Source: an uncultured bacterium (GTDB lineage Bacteria > Hydrothermota > UBA3073 > NMUJ01 > CBEVQO01). From it: a stretch of 64,000 nt of DNA. Of this stretch, positions 38,516 to 47,895 are shown in pieces (positions within the stretch are counted from its first letter, which is position 1; each line of letters starts with the position of its first letter). Made by a program: the position numbers and the translations under genes. The stretch covers positions 416,001 through 480,000 of the forward strand of contig CBEVQO010000001.1 in assembly GCA_965552055.1 (NCBI GenBank), given 5' to 3'. Below the pieces are notes generated by a model. It was not told the DNA's origin. It saw nothing but the letters and a program-made list of their open reading frames with translations, and searched no databases.

Positions 38516-39342
38516 GAATACTGGTACTGGGTGCAACAGGGATGCTCGGCTCCGACCTTGTGCCCCTCCTGAATTCATACGATGTAATACCTGCAGGCAG
38601 TAAAGATATAAACATAGCGGAAAAAGATTGTATAAAGAAAATTGCAGATATTAAACCGGATTTTATCTATTTGCTCGCTGCCTATACGAATGTTGAAAAA
38701 TGCGAAGATGAAGTTGAGAAAGCTTTTATGGTAAATGCAATTGGTGTACGCAATGTATGCATAGCTGCTCAGAAATTAAATTGCCCTTTGCTTTACATAA
38801 GCACAGATTATGTGTTTGACGGCAAAAAAGACGAACCCTATTACGAATTTGATAAACCAAATCCCTTAAGCGTGTATGGCAGGTCAAAATATTGGGGAGA
38901 AGTCTTTGTTAGAGATTTGTTAAATAAATTTTTTATAGTGAGGACATCGTGGCTTTACGGTAAAAATGGAATTAATTTTGTATATAAAATGCTGGAAATT
39001 TCAAAGAAAAATAAAGTTTTAAAGGTTGTAAATGACCAGACAGGAAGTCCCACATACACAAAGGATTTAGCAGAAGCTTTAACCTTGTTTTTGAATTGTG
39101 AATTTTATGGGATATATCATATTACAAATTCAGGATACTGCACATGGTATGAATTTGCGAAAAAAATTTTTGAAATAAAAGGTATAGATGTGGAAGTAAT
39201 ACCTGTCAGCAGTGCTGAGTTTCCGGCAAAAGCACGGCGTCCTAAAAATTCAAGATTATCAAATTTCCACTTTGAAAAAACATTCGGCAGAAAATTAAGA
39301 CACTGGCATGATGCATTAAAAGATTTTTTAAATAATTTTTAG
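38512..39342 (+). CDS. rmlD: dTDP-4-dehydrorhamnose reductase
   Basis: GATGMLG, STDYVFDG, YGRSK, DQTGSPT. Confidence 0.93.
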   Translation: MRILVLGATGMLGSDLVPLLNSYDVIPAGSKDINIAEKDCIKKIADIKPDFIYLLAAYTNVEKCEDEVEKAFMVNAIGVRNVCIAAQKLNCPLLYISTDYVFDGKKDEPYYEFDKPNPLSVYGRSKYWGEVFVRDLLNKFFIVRTSWLYGKNGINFVYKMLEISKKNKVLKVVNDQTGSPTYTKDLAEALTLFLNCEFYGIYHITNSGYCTWYEFAKKIFEIKGIDVEVIPVSSAEFPAKARRPKNSRLSNFHFEKTFGRKLRHWHDALKDFLNNF

Positions 39343-39420
39343 CCCCGCCTCCCTGTCCCCACCACCCTCGTCACAACCCATATGTAATGCACTCGCTTAC
39401 GCTCGTAATAAATATTTTAT
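39331..39420 (-). repeat. GC-rich intergenic repeat, copy 2 (short form)
   Basis: Reverse complement reads ATAAAATATTTATTACGAGCGTAAGCGAGTGCATTACATATGGGTTG...GGGGACAGGGAGGCGGGGCTAAAAATTATT, matching both ends of 20075-20256. Confidence 0.8.
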
Positions 39421-40176
39421 TCTATCTATTTTTCTGCATTTTCCTGTTTTTTCATCTATGTCGATTAAAACGGCACAAAATTGTGGCTTTGAAGAGGCAG
39501 CACGAGGTATTACTGGCACACCTGTTATAAACATTCTCAAAATTTCTCCTTTTTTTGCTCCACAGATAGAATCAGCAGCACCTGTAACGCCCGCATCCGT
39601 AATATACCCAGTACCGCGATGTAAAATGCGGGTATCAGCAGTTTGGGTACCAAGATGAGAGCCTACAACAGCTGACACCCTGCCATCCAGATACCAGCCC
39701 ATTGCACATTTCTCAGAACTCGCCTGAGCATGAAAATCAACGAGAATTAAATTCGTTTCTTTTTTAACTTCTTCAATTATTTCATCTGCTTTCCTGAAAG
39801 GACAATCAACATTCACCATAAAGGTTCTTCCTATTAAATTTATCACACATAAACCATTCGGGAAAATATGAAAACCCCTCCCGGGTACAGAAGGCGGATA
39901 GTTTGCAGGACGAAGTAATCTTCTTGGATTCGAATGTAACACAGCAACTACATCTTTATTCAGCCAGACATCTTCTCCCGTTGTAATGCAATCTATTCCA
40001 TAAGAGAGTAACTCTTCAACAGAAAGGGGGTCAATACCCTTACCATCATCAGATGCATCTTCTCCGTTCGCAACAACAAAATCAACACCAAAATCTTCAA
40101 CAATAACTGGCAAAATTCTCTTAACAGCTGTTTTACCGGGAAGCCCAAAAATTTTACCAATGAAAAGAACCTTCAT
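39397..40176 (-). CDS. YmdB/TIGR00282 metallophosphoesterase homologue with degenerate metal ligands
   Basis: RPANYP, NLIGRTFM..DCPF, VDFHA..SEK, LDGRVSAV, QTAD, YITD; catalytic motifs altered. Confidence 0.85.
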   Translation of the reverse strand: MKVLFIGKIFGLPGKTAVKRILPVIVEDFGVDFVVANGEDASDDGKGIDPLSVEELLSYGIDCITTGEDVWLNKDVVAVLHSNPRRLLRPANYPPSVPGRGFHIFPNGLCVINLIGRTFMVNVDCPFRKADEIIEEVKKETNLILVDFHAQASSEKCAMGWYLDGRVSAVVGSHLGTQTADTRILHRGTGYITDAGVTGAADSICGAKKGEILRMFITGVPVIPRAASSKPQFCAVLIDIDEKTGKCRKIDRIKYLLRA

Positions 40177-40181
40177 TAAGA

Positions 40182-40208
40182 ATTATAAAAAATTTGCAAA
40201 GATGTCAA
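40182..40208 (-). promoter_or_regulatory. Promoter TTGACA-N15-TATAAT
   Basis: Perfect hexamers; ATG 40176 is 5 nt downstream. Confidence 0.75.
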
Positions 40209-40290
40209 TAATTTTTATTTTTATCCCGCCCGCCCACCCAGAGATTTTTTCGAAGGGCTTCGCCCTCCGTGACCCATTTTTGAATTTCTC
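40207..40290 (-). repeat. Possible diverged third copy of the repeat, with hairpin CGAAGGGC-TTC-GCCCTCCG (40251-40269)
   Basis: AATAATTTTT...CCCGCC end resembles copies 1 and 2 and also abuts a -35 box; similarity is short. Confidence 0.4.
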
Positions 40291-40345
40291 TAAATCGTTA
40301 ATATTACATAACCGTTTTTCAGCACTTTCTTAATAAGTTTCAAAA

Positions 40346-40372
40346 TTGACAAACACATATTGTGATTATAAT
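40346..40372 (+). promoter_or_regulatory. Promoter TTGACA-N15-TATAAT
   Basis: Perfect hexamers; GTG 40377 is 4 nt downstream. Confidence 0.75.
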
Positions 40373-40376
40373 TTAT

Positions 40377-41417
40377 GTGCTACCTCTATTCTTATTAACA
40401 TCAACACTGGCTTTTCTTGAAGAAAAAATTATTTATTTGACAAATTTAGAGCGTCAAAAAAGGGGATTATCATGGCTTGAGAAAGACGAATACCTGAGGG
40501 AAGCTGCTTTTTCTCATTCAAAGGAAATGGCAGAGTTAAATTATTTCAGCCACTTTTCTCCAAAAAAGGAAAATAGGGAACCTGCAGACAGGGTAAGACA
40601 CACAAAATCAACATGCATAACAGTTGCAGAAAACATTTATAAAGTAACAGGGCTTCAGGATTTGCAAAAACTACCTGCAATGTGCGTGGAAAGCTGGATG
40701 AATAGCCCTCATCATAGAGAAAATATCCTAACACCTTATTACAATAGAATTGGCGTTGGAATTTACAAAAAAGGGGATACTTATTATGTAACTCAATTAT
40801 TCGCAGAAAAATTCATGGAATTTAGAAAAATAAAAGCAAGAGAGATAATAAAAGAAGTATACGAAATTGTGATATCTCTTATCACAAAGAGAAAATGCGA
40901 AATAGGACTGTGGATTGACGGCGAATTTAAAGAAAAATATACGAGCCGAAAAAAATTGATTCTCAAATATGACTTCGACAAAAATACAGGCAAACATTTA
41001 ATTGAAATAGGTTATAGAAAAGCAGGTGAAAAAGGAAATTTCCTTATCACAAATAAAGTAACTATAAATACCGATACCACAAAAAACGAAGTGATAAAAA
41101 AAGTGGAAAAATTAGCAGAATATGTAAAAGTAGAGACAGTTACATCTATTCTGAAAAAAGTTAAAAAAGTAGCACTAACTTTTAAAGGTAAAAAAATAAA
41201 AGATTTCAAAGAAATTGGCATATTTTTAGATGATAAACTCATAAAACAGATTAAATGCAGTGATAAAGATTTAAATTTCGAAGTGGAAATAGAAAAAGAT
41301 GGCAAAAAGAAAGAAATTGGCATTGGCATTTTTAAGCCCGCAGAAAATAAGTTTAAAATAACAGACAAAATCTTTATCGATACATCAAAAGAAGGAGAGG
41401 ATATATTTTTGTGGTAA
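40377..41417 (+). CDS. CAP/SCP domain exported protein with a Lys-rich beta C-terminal region
   Basis: TN.ER, HSKEMA..NYFSH, AENI, WMNSPHHRENIL, IGVG. Confidence 0.85.
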   Translation: MLPLFLLTSTLAFLEEKIIYLTNLERQKRGLSWLEKDEYLREAAFSHSKEMAELNYFSHFSPKKENREPADRVRHTKSTCITVAENIYKVTGLQDLQKLPAMCVESWMNSPHHRENILTPYYNRIGVGIYKKGDTYYVTQLFAEKFMEFRKIKAREIIKEVYEIVISLITKRKCEIGLWIDGEFKEKYTSRKKLILKYDFDKNTGKHLIEIGYRKAGEKGNFLITNKVTINTDTTKNEVIKKVEKLAEYVKVETVTSILKKVKKVALTFKGKKIKDFKEIGIFLDDKLIKQIKCSDKDLNFEVEIEKDGKKKEIGIGIFKPAENKFKITDKIFIDTSKEGEDIFLW

Positions 41418-41427
41418 TTTATATAGC

Positions 41428-41454
41428 TTGACAATTATTCAATTTGATTAAAAT
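41428..41454 (+). promoter_or_regulatory. Promoter TTGACA-N15-TAAAAT
   Basis: GTG 41460 is 5 nt downstream. Confidence 0.7.
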
Positions 41455-41459
41455 ATAGT

Positions 41460-42551
41460 GTGGAGAGAGCGTTTCTCGTAGGTGTACTTTTACCCTACGA
41501 AGAAAAATGGGAAAAAATAGATTCTTTGAATGAATTAGAAAGCCTATGCAGAACAGCAGGCGCTGAAGTAGTTGGAAGAACATTGCAAAGAAGAGATAGA
41601 ATAAACCCTGCATTTTTCATTGGAAAAGGAAAAGCCGAAGAACTTCGCAAAATAGCAGATGAATTGAATATCGACCTTTTTGTGTTTGATGACGAACTAT
41701 CACCTGCACAGGTTAGAAATCTCGAAGAAGTAACAGGAAGAAAAATAATAGACAGAACCGAATTAATTCTGGATATATTTGCACAACATGCAAAAACAAG
41801 AGCTGCAAAAATAGAAGTAGAATTAACACAGCTTAAATATAGATTAACAAGATTAACAGGTAAAGGAATAGAGTTATCAAGACTGGGAGGAGGAATTGGA
41901 ACAAGGGGACCCGGTGAAAAAAAGCTGGAAGTGGATAGAAGAAAGATTAAAGAAAGAATAAGAACATTACAAAAAAAATTGAAAGATATAGAAAGGCAAA
42001 GGGAAATACAAAGTAAAAGGCGGAAAGAAGTAAAAAGGATAGCAATAGTTGGATATACAAATGCTGGCAAAACGACTCTTATGAACAGATTAACTCATTC
42101 CAATCTTTACACCGATGATAAACTTTTTGCGACTCTTGACGCAACAACCAGGCGTTTAATTTTACCAGATGGAATAAAAGCAGTCATAACGGATACAATC
42201 GGATTTATAAGACGCTTACCTCATGGACTTATTTCTTCTTTCCATTCGACTTTGCAGGAAGCTATTGAAGCGGATTTGAGACTACATGTAATAGACGCAA
42301 GTCATCCAAGAGTGGAACTGCAAATAATGGCTGGAAACGAAATTTTAGAAGCACTCGGAGTAGCAGATAAACCAACTTTATATGTATTCAACAAAATTGA
42401 TAAAGATAGAGAAAATGTCCCCTATTTGAAAAGAAATTATCCTGATGCTGTCTTTGTATCTGCGTTAACAGGTGAAGGTATCGACGAACTAAAGGAAAGA
42501 ATCTGCGAAATGCTTAAAAAATGCTCGCAGCACTCAAATACTACTCAATAA
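41460..42551 (+). CDS. hflX: GTPase HflX
   Basis: GTRGPGE, GYTNAGKTT, LFATLD, DTIGF, NKID. Confidence 0.97.
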   Translation: MERAFLVGVLLPYEEKWEKIDSLNELESLCRTAGAEVVGRTLQRRDRINPAFFIGKGKAEELRKIADELNIDLFVFDDELSPAQVRNLEEVTGRKIIDRTELILDIFAQHAKTRAAKIEVELTQLKYRLTRLTGKGIELSRLGGGIGTRGPGEKKLEVDRRKIKERIRTLQKKLKDIERQREIQSKRRKEVKRIAIVGYTNAGKTTLMNRLTHSNLYTDDKLFATLDATTRRLILPDGIKAVITDTIGFIRRLPHGLISSFHSTLQEAIEADLRLHVIDASHPRVELQIMAGNEILEALGVADKPTLYVFNKIDKDRENVPYLKRNYPDAVFVSALTGEGIDELKERICEMLKKCSQHSNTTQ

Positions 42552-43375
42552 GATTGGCAATAGTTTTGCACAAAGCTTTGCCTGAATTCGTAAAAATAAT
42601 AATTTGCTATTCGCTCGCTTTCCTCTCTTTCTTATTTTTGAAAAATAGAAGAAAAATAATCGAAGAAAATATTAAAATAATTACCGGAAAAGAAAATAAA
42701 AAGTTAGTTTTACAAACTTTCATAAATTTTTCGCTGGATTTTGCAGATTTGCTTAAAATTTATTGTTTGAATAGTGAAAAAATTAAGAAATTGCCTAAAA
42801 TAATCAGAGGGACAGAATATATTGAAAATGCGTTAAAAAACGGGAAAGGCATAATTTTTGTTGACGCACATCTCGGCAATTGGGAAGTGGGAGGTTGTTT
42901 TCTCGGAGCAATGGGTTACCCTGTAGTCGCAGTTGTCGAACCTTTAAAAGATAAAAGATACTATAAACTATTGAATAAATTGAGAACAAAAACAGGAATG
43001 GGCATCATCGAACTGAATCTTTCTGTAGGCAGGAATATTTTAAAAAATTTGAAACAGGGGAAACTCGTGGTATTACTTGGTGATAGAGATTTGACAGGCA
43101 CAGGAATAGAGGTTGAATTTTTTGGTAAAAAGGCAAGGTTACCGAAGGGACCTGCACAATTTGCATTGAAAACAGGAGCACCTATAATAACAGGATACTT
43201 TGTGAGAAAAGGACTACATTACATAGTAGAAGCAGAGCCACCCATAAATTATATTCCCACGGGTGATAAAGAGAAAGACATAAGAAATCTAACAGAGATA
43301 TTAGCAAAAAGGCTTGAAAATAAAATAAAAGAATATCCAACTCAATGGTATGTATTTCAAAGACCATGGGATTGA
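42521..43375 (+). CDS. Lipid acyltransferase (LpxL/PatA family, PatA-like)
   Basis: HLGNWE, LLGDRDL, FFG...LPKGPA..A..TGAP, PTQW. Confidence 0.8.
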   Translation: MLAALKYYSIRLAIVLHKALPEFVKIIICYSLAFLSFLFLKNRRKIIEENIKIITGKENKKLVLQTFINFSLDFADLLKIYCLNSEKIKKLPKIIRGTEYIENALKNGKGIIFVDAHLGNWEVGGCFLGAMGYPVVAVVEPLKDKRYYKLLNKLRTKTGMGIIELNLSVGRNILKNLKQGKLVVLLGDRDLTGTGIEVEFFGKKARLPKGPAQFALKTGAPIITGYFVRKGLHYIVEAEPPINYIPTGDKEKDIRNLTEILAKRLENKIKEYPTQWYVFQRPWD

Positions 43376-44469
43376 AAATTTTAATAGTTACTGACTTCTA
43401 TTATCCATTTCCTGGCGGTATTTCCGAGCATGTTCATCATCTTTATGAAGAACTTAAAAAATTGGGACATGATGTTAAGATTCTGACAACAAGATATGGA
43501 AAAGATGACGACAAAATAAAAAATCCAGATGTAATAAGAGTTGGTAGATTTATACCCATTCCTTCAATTTTTGCAAATTTTTCAAAAGGCGGGATACCTT
43601 ATAGCTGGGATATGAACAAAAAGATTTACGAAGTAATAAACAACGGAAATTTTGACATAATCCATATTCAGGGTTTGCTTCCAACATTACCTTTGCGTGC
43701 TTTAAAATACTCAAATACAAAAAATGTGGCAACAACTCATATAAGTTTCAAAAGAAATTTCTGGTATCTGGCTTTTAAAAAACCATCAATGCCCTACTTC
43801 AAAAAAATACATAAGCTTATAGCGGTATCGGAAGAAGCAAAAAAATGCATCGAAAAATTTCTGCCGGGTGATTATAAAATAATACCAAATGGCATCGACC
43901 TTAAAAGATTTAATCCCAAAGTTAAGCCGTTTACTCAATTTGACGATAAAAAGAACATATTATTCCTCGGAAGATTTGACCCAAGAAAAGGACTCCATAT
44001 ATTGCTAAAAGCTTTCAAAATTTTAAGACAAAAGAGAAACGACATCCGCTTAATGGTAGTTGGCAGGGGGAAACCTCCCAAATTACCTGAACCTTACTTT
44101 TTGAAGATAAATGCGGATAGAGATGAAGTTCCTCGCTTTTATCGCACAGCCGATGTTTATGTATCACCTGCGTTAATGGGAGAAAGTTTCGGCATAGTGC
44201 TACTCGAAGCTATGGCAACGGGCACACCCGTTATTGCATCGGATATACCAGGATATAGATGTGTAATCAAAGATAAAGAAAATGGATTGCTTTTCAAAAC
44301 AGGAGATCCACATGACCTTGCCCAGAAGATAGATTTGATACTGGAAGACGAAAAATTGCGTGAAAAATTGATTAACGGAGGTCTCAATACGGCAAAAAAA
44401 TATTCATGGGACAAAATAGCCAAAGAAGTTGAAAAAATATACTTTGAACTGGTTGAAAAGAAAATTTGA
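43366..44469 (+). CDS. GT4 glycosyltransferase, PimA-like
   Basis: PGGISEHV, LFLGRFDPRKG, VYVSP...GESFGIVLLEAMA. Confidence 0.8.
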   Translation: MGLKILIVTDFYYPFPGGISEHVHHLYEELKKLGHDVKILTTRYGKDDDKIKNPDVIRVGRFIPIPSIFANFSKGGIPYSWDMNKKIYEVINNGNFDIIHIQGLLPTLPLRALKYSNTKNVATTHISFKRNFWYLAFKKPSMPYFKKIHKLIAVSEEAKKCIEKFLPGDYKIIPNGIDLKRFNPKVKPFTQFDDKKNILFLGRFDPRKGLHILLKAFKILRQKRNDIRLMVVGRGKPPKLPEPYFLKINADRDEVPRFYRTADVYVSPALMGESFGIVLLEAMATGTPVIASDIPGYRCVIKDKENGLLFKTGDPHDLAQKIDLILEDEKLREKLINGGLNTAKKYSWDKIAKEVEKIYFELVEKKI

Positions 44470-45203
44470 GCCCACCTATTTTAACATATCACAAAATATG
44501 CAAATTTGATGTCGGGGGAACATGGGTAACACCCCTCCAGTTTGAATCCCACATTAAATTTTTAAAAAAGAAAGGCATAAATCTTTGCACAATCTCTGAT
44601 GCTTTGAAAGGAAAAGGGACAGGTTTATCATTTGACGATGGTTATGAAAACTTCTATACCTATGGGAAAGATATTTTGTTAAAATATGGATACAGGGCAA
44701 CAATTTTTGTAATCGCAGGCTTTATCGGCAAAGAAAATAACTGGGATGTAAATTTTGGAGTAAAATTTAAGCATCTGAACAGGAAACAAATAAAAGAACT
44801 GGCAGATTTGGGATTTGAAATAGGTTCGCACACTCTGACACATCGTGATTTGACAAAGTTACCGGAAAATGAAATCAAAAAAGAGCTAAAAGAATCAAAG
44901 AAAATACTTGAAGATATAACAGGAAAGGAAGTAAAATATTTATCTTATCCGTTTGGTAGATATAATGAGCGGATTGAGGAGATATTATGTGAAGAAGGGT
45001 ATGAAAGGGGCTTTTCCATAAATCCATTTAAAAATGGGGATATTACAATCGGAAGAGTAGGCGTTTACCTAATTGATTTCAACAATTTTTTATTTTACAA
45101 ATTGGGGGCAGATGGCATATCTTTCCTTGAGAAAGTGAAATCCTCAGTGATAAACTATTTCTCGAATCTCTCCGCTTTTTACAAGTTTATTTTAAAGAAG
45201 TGA
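44466..45203 (+). CDS. Polysaccharide deacetylase (CE4)
   Basis: LTYH, SFDDGY, GSHTLTH, SYPFG. Confidence 0.88.
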   Translation: MSPPILTYHKICKFDVGGTWVTPLQFESHIKFLKKKGINLCTISDALKGKGTGLSFDDGYENFYTYGKDILLKYGYRATIFVIAGFIGKENNWDVNFGVKFKHLNRKQIKELADLGFEIGSHTLTHRDLTKLPENEIKKELKESKKILEDITGKEVKYLSYPFGRYNERIEEILCEEGYERGFSINPFKNGDITIGRVGVYLIDFNNFLFYKLGADGISFLEKVKSSVINYFSNLSAFYKFILKK

Positions 45204-45213
45204 AAAGATAACT

Positions 45214-45687
45214 TTACATAAGTATTATTTTCTTCATAAGGAATTTTTCGCCTTTTTGTATTTTCAGGAAATAAATGCCTTCGGGTAAATTCAGTTGCCA
45301 TTCTATTCTGTATAAGCCGGCTTTTGAATGCCAGTGACGAATTTCCTCTCTTTTTCTTCCTGATATATCGTAAAGCATAAACTTTATTTCTCCTGCCTTT
45401 TCTATCACATATTCTATTTTCAATGTGGTCTTAACGGGATTGGGATAAATTCGTTTTATTCCAAAGCGAGGAAATTGAATCTTCTTTTCCGAGATTCCTG
45501 TGGTTGGAAAGCATGGCAATCCGTACAGCGTATAGTTAGCTCCACTGGACTTACCACCCGTATAACTTAAAGAAATACAAGCATCGTAAGACGATGAAGA
45601 TAGTTTGCATCCATTATTGATATTCGCGAATCTCAAAGAATATGCCGAAAGTATAAATGGAAAGATTATACTAAATATCGCTCTCAT
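45214..45687 (-). CDS. Small exported protein with a T9SS type-A-like C-terminal sorting domain
   Basis: Signal peptide; IYPNP, LYDISGR, LPEGIYF; GGAGG SD before ATG 45687. Confidence 0.75.
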   Translation of the reverse strand: MRAIFSIIFPFILSAYSLRFANINNGCKLSSSSYDACISLSYTGGKSSGANYTLYGLPCFPTTGISEKKIQFPRFGIKRIYPNPVKTTLKIEYVIEKAGEIKFMLYDISGRKREEIRHWHSKAGLYRIEWQLNLPEGIYFLKIQKGEKFLMKKIILM

Positions 45688-45697
45688 CCCCCCCTCC

Positions 45698-47725
45698 TTA
45701 TTCTTCATTCTTCTTTCTCTTCCGTTCATGCTTTAATTTTTTCTCTAATTTTTCTCGTTCTTGCTTTAATTTGAATTTTCTCATCATTTCGTCTAATTCA
45801 TTTTGACGCATTTTATCTTCTTCGTGTTCATGCTTTTTCATGCGTTTATATCTCCTCTGATAATCTACGCCCATTTCTTTTGGATACCCATATGCTTCTG
45901 GATATAACAGTTGTCCAGGTTTGCACAGCTTAGACTCGCTTTTATCCTGTACAACTGGTTTGCGTAATTTCTTTATTACCGGGTCGTCTCTATCAGCTAA
46001 AACAATATAGGATACTTCACGATTTGGCTCACCATAAACTTTGAATGCAGTATAATCCGAATTCCATTCATAACCCACCAAGAAAGGCTTACCTATAGGT
46101 GTTAGGTTAACGGTTGCTTCATCCTCTTTTGTGAGCGCTGCAAAGTAATCTGGCATCTTTACAGTTGCCTCGCCATTTGCATCAAGTCTAACCTTACCAC
46201 GATAAAGACACAAATATTCAGGTGATTCAACAAAATTATGTCTTAAAAGTTTATTTTCAGGGTCAAGCGGATGGTCAATTACAAAAGAGCCCGCACCTTT
46301 TGATAATGTACCAGTAATATGCACATCGCCATTAAAATAACCTGCGTAGTAGCCACCGCTACTATACCCATATACTCCTGCGTAGTAAGACTTACCATAC
46401 ACCCCTATATATCCTCCTTCAAAATATCCACCGTATCCATAGAAATCAGCTGGCCAGCATTTCCCATAGACACCTTTAGCATCATAATTACCACCGGGAT
46501 TGTTATATCCGTATATGGCATAAGAACTTGAGGAATAACTATTAAGTGCTTTCCCTTCCACTCCGTAATATTTACCCGTTCCATATACGGCTGGATAACT
46601 GCCTGTAACATTTGCTAATACTCCATTATAACTTCCAGAAATATAAATAGGATTTGTGCAACCTGTTATCCAGATACCATCTGTGCAACCTGAGATTTCA
46701 ATGCCGCGGCTCCCTCCATCTATATCAATCGCATCGTCACTAACCGCTCCGCTTGGAATATAAATGCCGTCAGTTCCTGCACTACTAATCTCTATTCCGT
46801 TACCGCCTGCACTTATCTCTATTCCATTATCTCCTGCATCTATCTCTATGCCTTCGTATGCACCACTTGAATGTACTTCTAGAGCATCGTCACTACTACA
46901 AACAATATCAAGAGCTGCCGACATAGACGAAGTGCCTATTCCTACAAATCCTGAAGTTTTATAAACATTGCTTCCCGATATCGTCCAATCGTTATCCCCT
47001 GCGTTATCATTGCTCGGTGCCCATTGTGAACCATTCCATTTAAGCACCTGACCAGTTGAAGCTCCTCCCGATTGATCCCACCTTATAAATGCAGAAGCAT
47101 GATAGCCATCTACTTTGTCAGAATTTAAAGAATAATTAGCAGTATCTGAAGCACCCCCCACCTCATCATCCGCAGGCGACCATTGAGTACCATTCCACTT
47201 TAAAACCTGACCTACTGAAGCTCCTCCTGATTGTTTCCACCTTATAAAGTCCCCTGAATCATAATCATCTAATTTATCTGCATTCGGATATTTGTCACCC
47301 CAATTATGCCCGTCTAATTTATCAGCATTTTTAGAGTAATCACAGGTATCAGCTTTAAAACTATAAGGCACTCCCGTTATCCTTAATCTCGGACTTAATG
47401 TCTGTCCGTTTACCACTATCTCAAGATACCTGTCGCTTCCCGGAAAATATTTCTTACTAATTGATAAAACTTTCGAAAAATAGCCATTAGAAACATTCAC
47501 AGAATAGGTAGAAGATGTCCATATCGGTGTACCCCCACTTGAAGTCGTGTAAAGTTTGAATTTCATTTGCACCGTGCCATTCACAGGCGAGCCATTTTCT
47601 TCTAAATATCCCTGCACTGTAATAGCCGCAGGCACAGCTTTCACTTCCGTTACTTTATACCCATTACTACCTTTTTCTATCGCCCGTGTCTCCACTGCAA
47701 GGAGAAAGAGACACAGCCACAACAT
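45698..47725 (-). CDS. Exported fibre/adhesin-like protein with a C-terminal chaperone-like domain
   Basis: Signal peptide, QGYL..NG N-domain, ADKLDG repeats, GQVLKWNG duplication, G.Y repeats, GYFNGDV.ITG.LSKG.GSFVIDHPLDP. Confidence 0.7.
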   Translation of the reverse strand: MLWLCLFLLAVETRAIEKGSNGYKVTEVKAVPAAITVQGYLEENGSPVNGTVQMKFKLYTTSSGGTPIWTSSTYSVNVSNGYFSKVLSISKKYFPGSDRYLEIVVNGQTLSPRLRITGVPYSFKADTCDYSKNADKLDGHNWGDKYPNADKLDDYDSGDFIRWKQSGGASVGQVLKWNGTQWSPADDEVGGASDTANYSLNSDKVDGYHASAFIRWDQSGGASTGQVLKWNGSQWAPSNDNAGDNDWTISGSNVYKTSGFVGIGTSSMSAALDIVCSSDDALEVHSSGAYEGIEIDAGDNGIEISAGGNGIEISSAGTDGIYIPSGAVSDDAIDIDGGSRGIEISGCTDGIWITGCTNPIYISGSYNGVLANVTGSYPAVYGTGKYYGVEGKALNSYSSSSYAIYGYNNPGGNYDAKGVYGKCWPADFYGYGGYFEGGYIGVYGKSYYAGVYGYSSGGYYAGYFNGDVHITGTLSKGAGSFVIDHPLDPENKLLRHNFVESPEYLCLYRGKVRLDANGEATVKMPDYFAALTKEDEATVNLTPIGKPFLVGYEWNSDYTAFKVYGEPNREVSYIVLADRDDPVIKKLRKPVVQDKSESKLCKPGQLLYPEAYGYPKEMGVDYQRRYKRMKKHEHEEDKMRQNELDEMMRKFKLKQEREKLEKKLKHERKRKKNEE

Positions 47726-47779
47726 AGCCCCTCCTTTTTGATTTCCGCCAGTATTTACTTTGTTTGTAAAAGGGGGACC

Positions 47780-47839
47780 TTAATGAAAATATACCTCTAC
47801 GAGAGAGAGAGAGTTCAGTATGTAAGCTCGATTGTGCAT
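47780..47839 (-). other. Putative leaderless uORF (MHNRAYILNSLSLVEVYFH) spanning a (TC)6 tract
   Basis: ATG 6 nt below the -10 box; GA tract at 47801-47813. Confidence 0.35.
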
Positions 47840-47845
47840 CATAAC

Positions 47846-47872
47846 ATTATAACCAGGATAGGGGGTTGTCAA
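47846..47872 (-). promoter_or_regulatory. Promoter TTGACA-N15-TATAAT
   Basis: Perfect hexamers upstream of the fibre gene. Confidence 0.75.
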
Positions 47873-47895
47873 GGAAAAATTTTTGAAAATCATGC

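Noticed and set aside
45698..47725. Prophage tail gene
   Set aside because: It has a signal peptide and a host-type promoter, with no phage structural, integrase or lysis genes nearby
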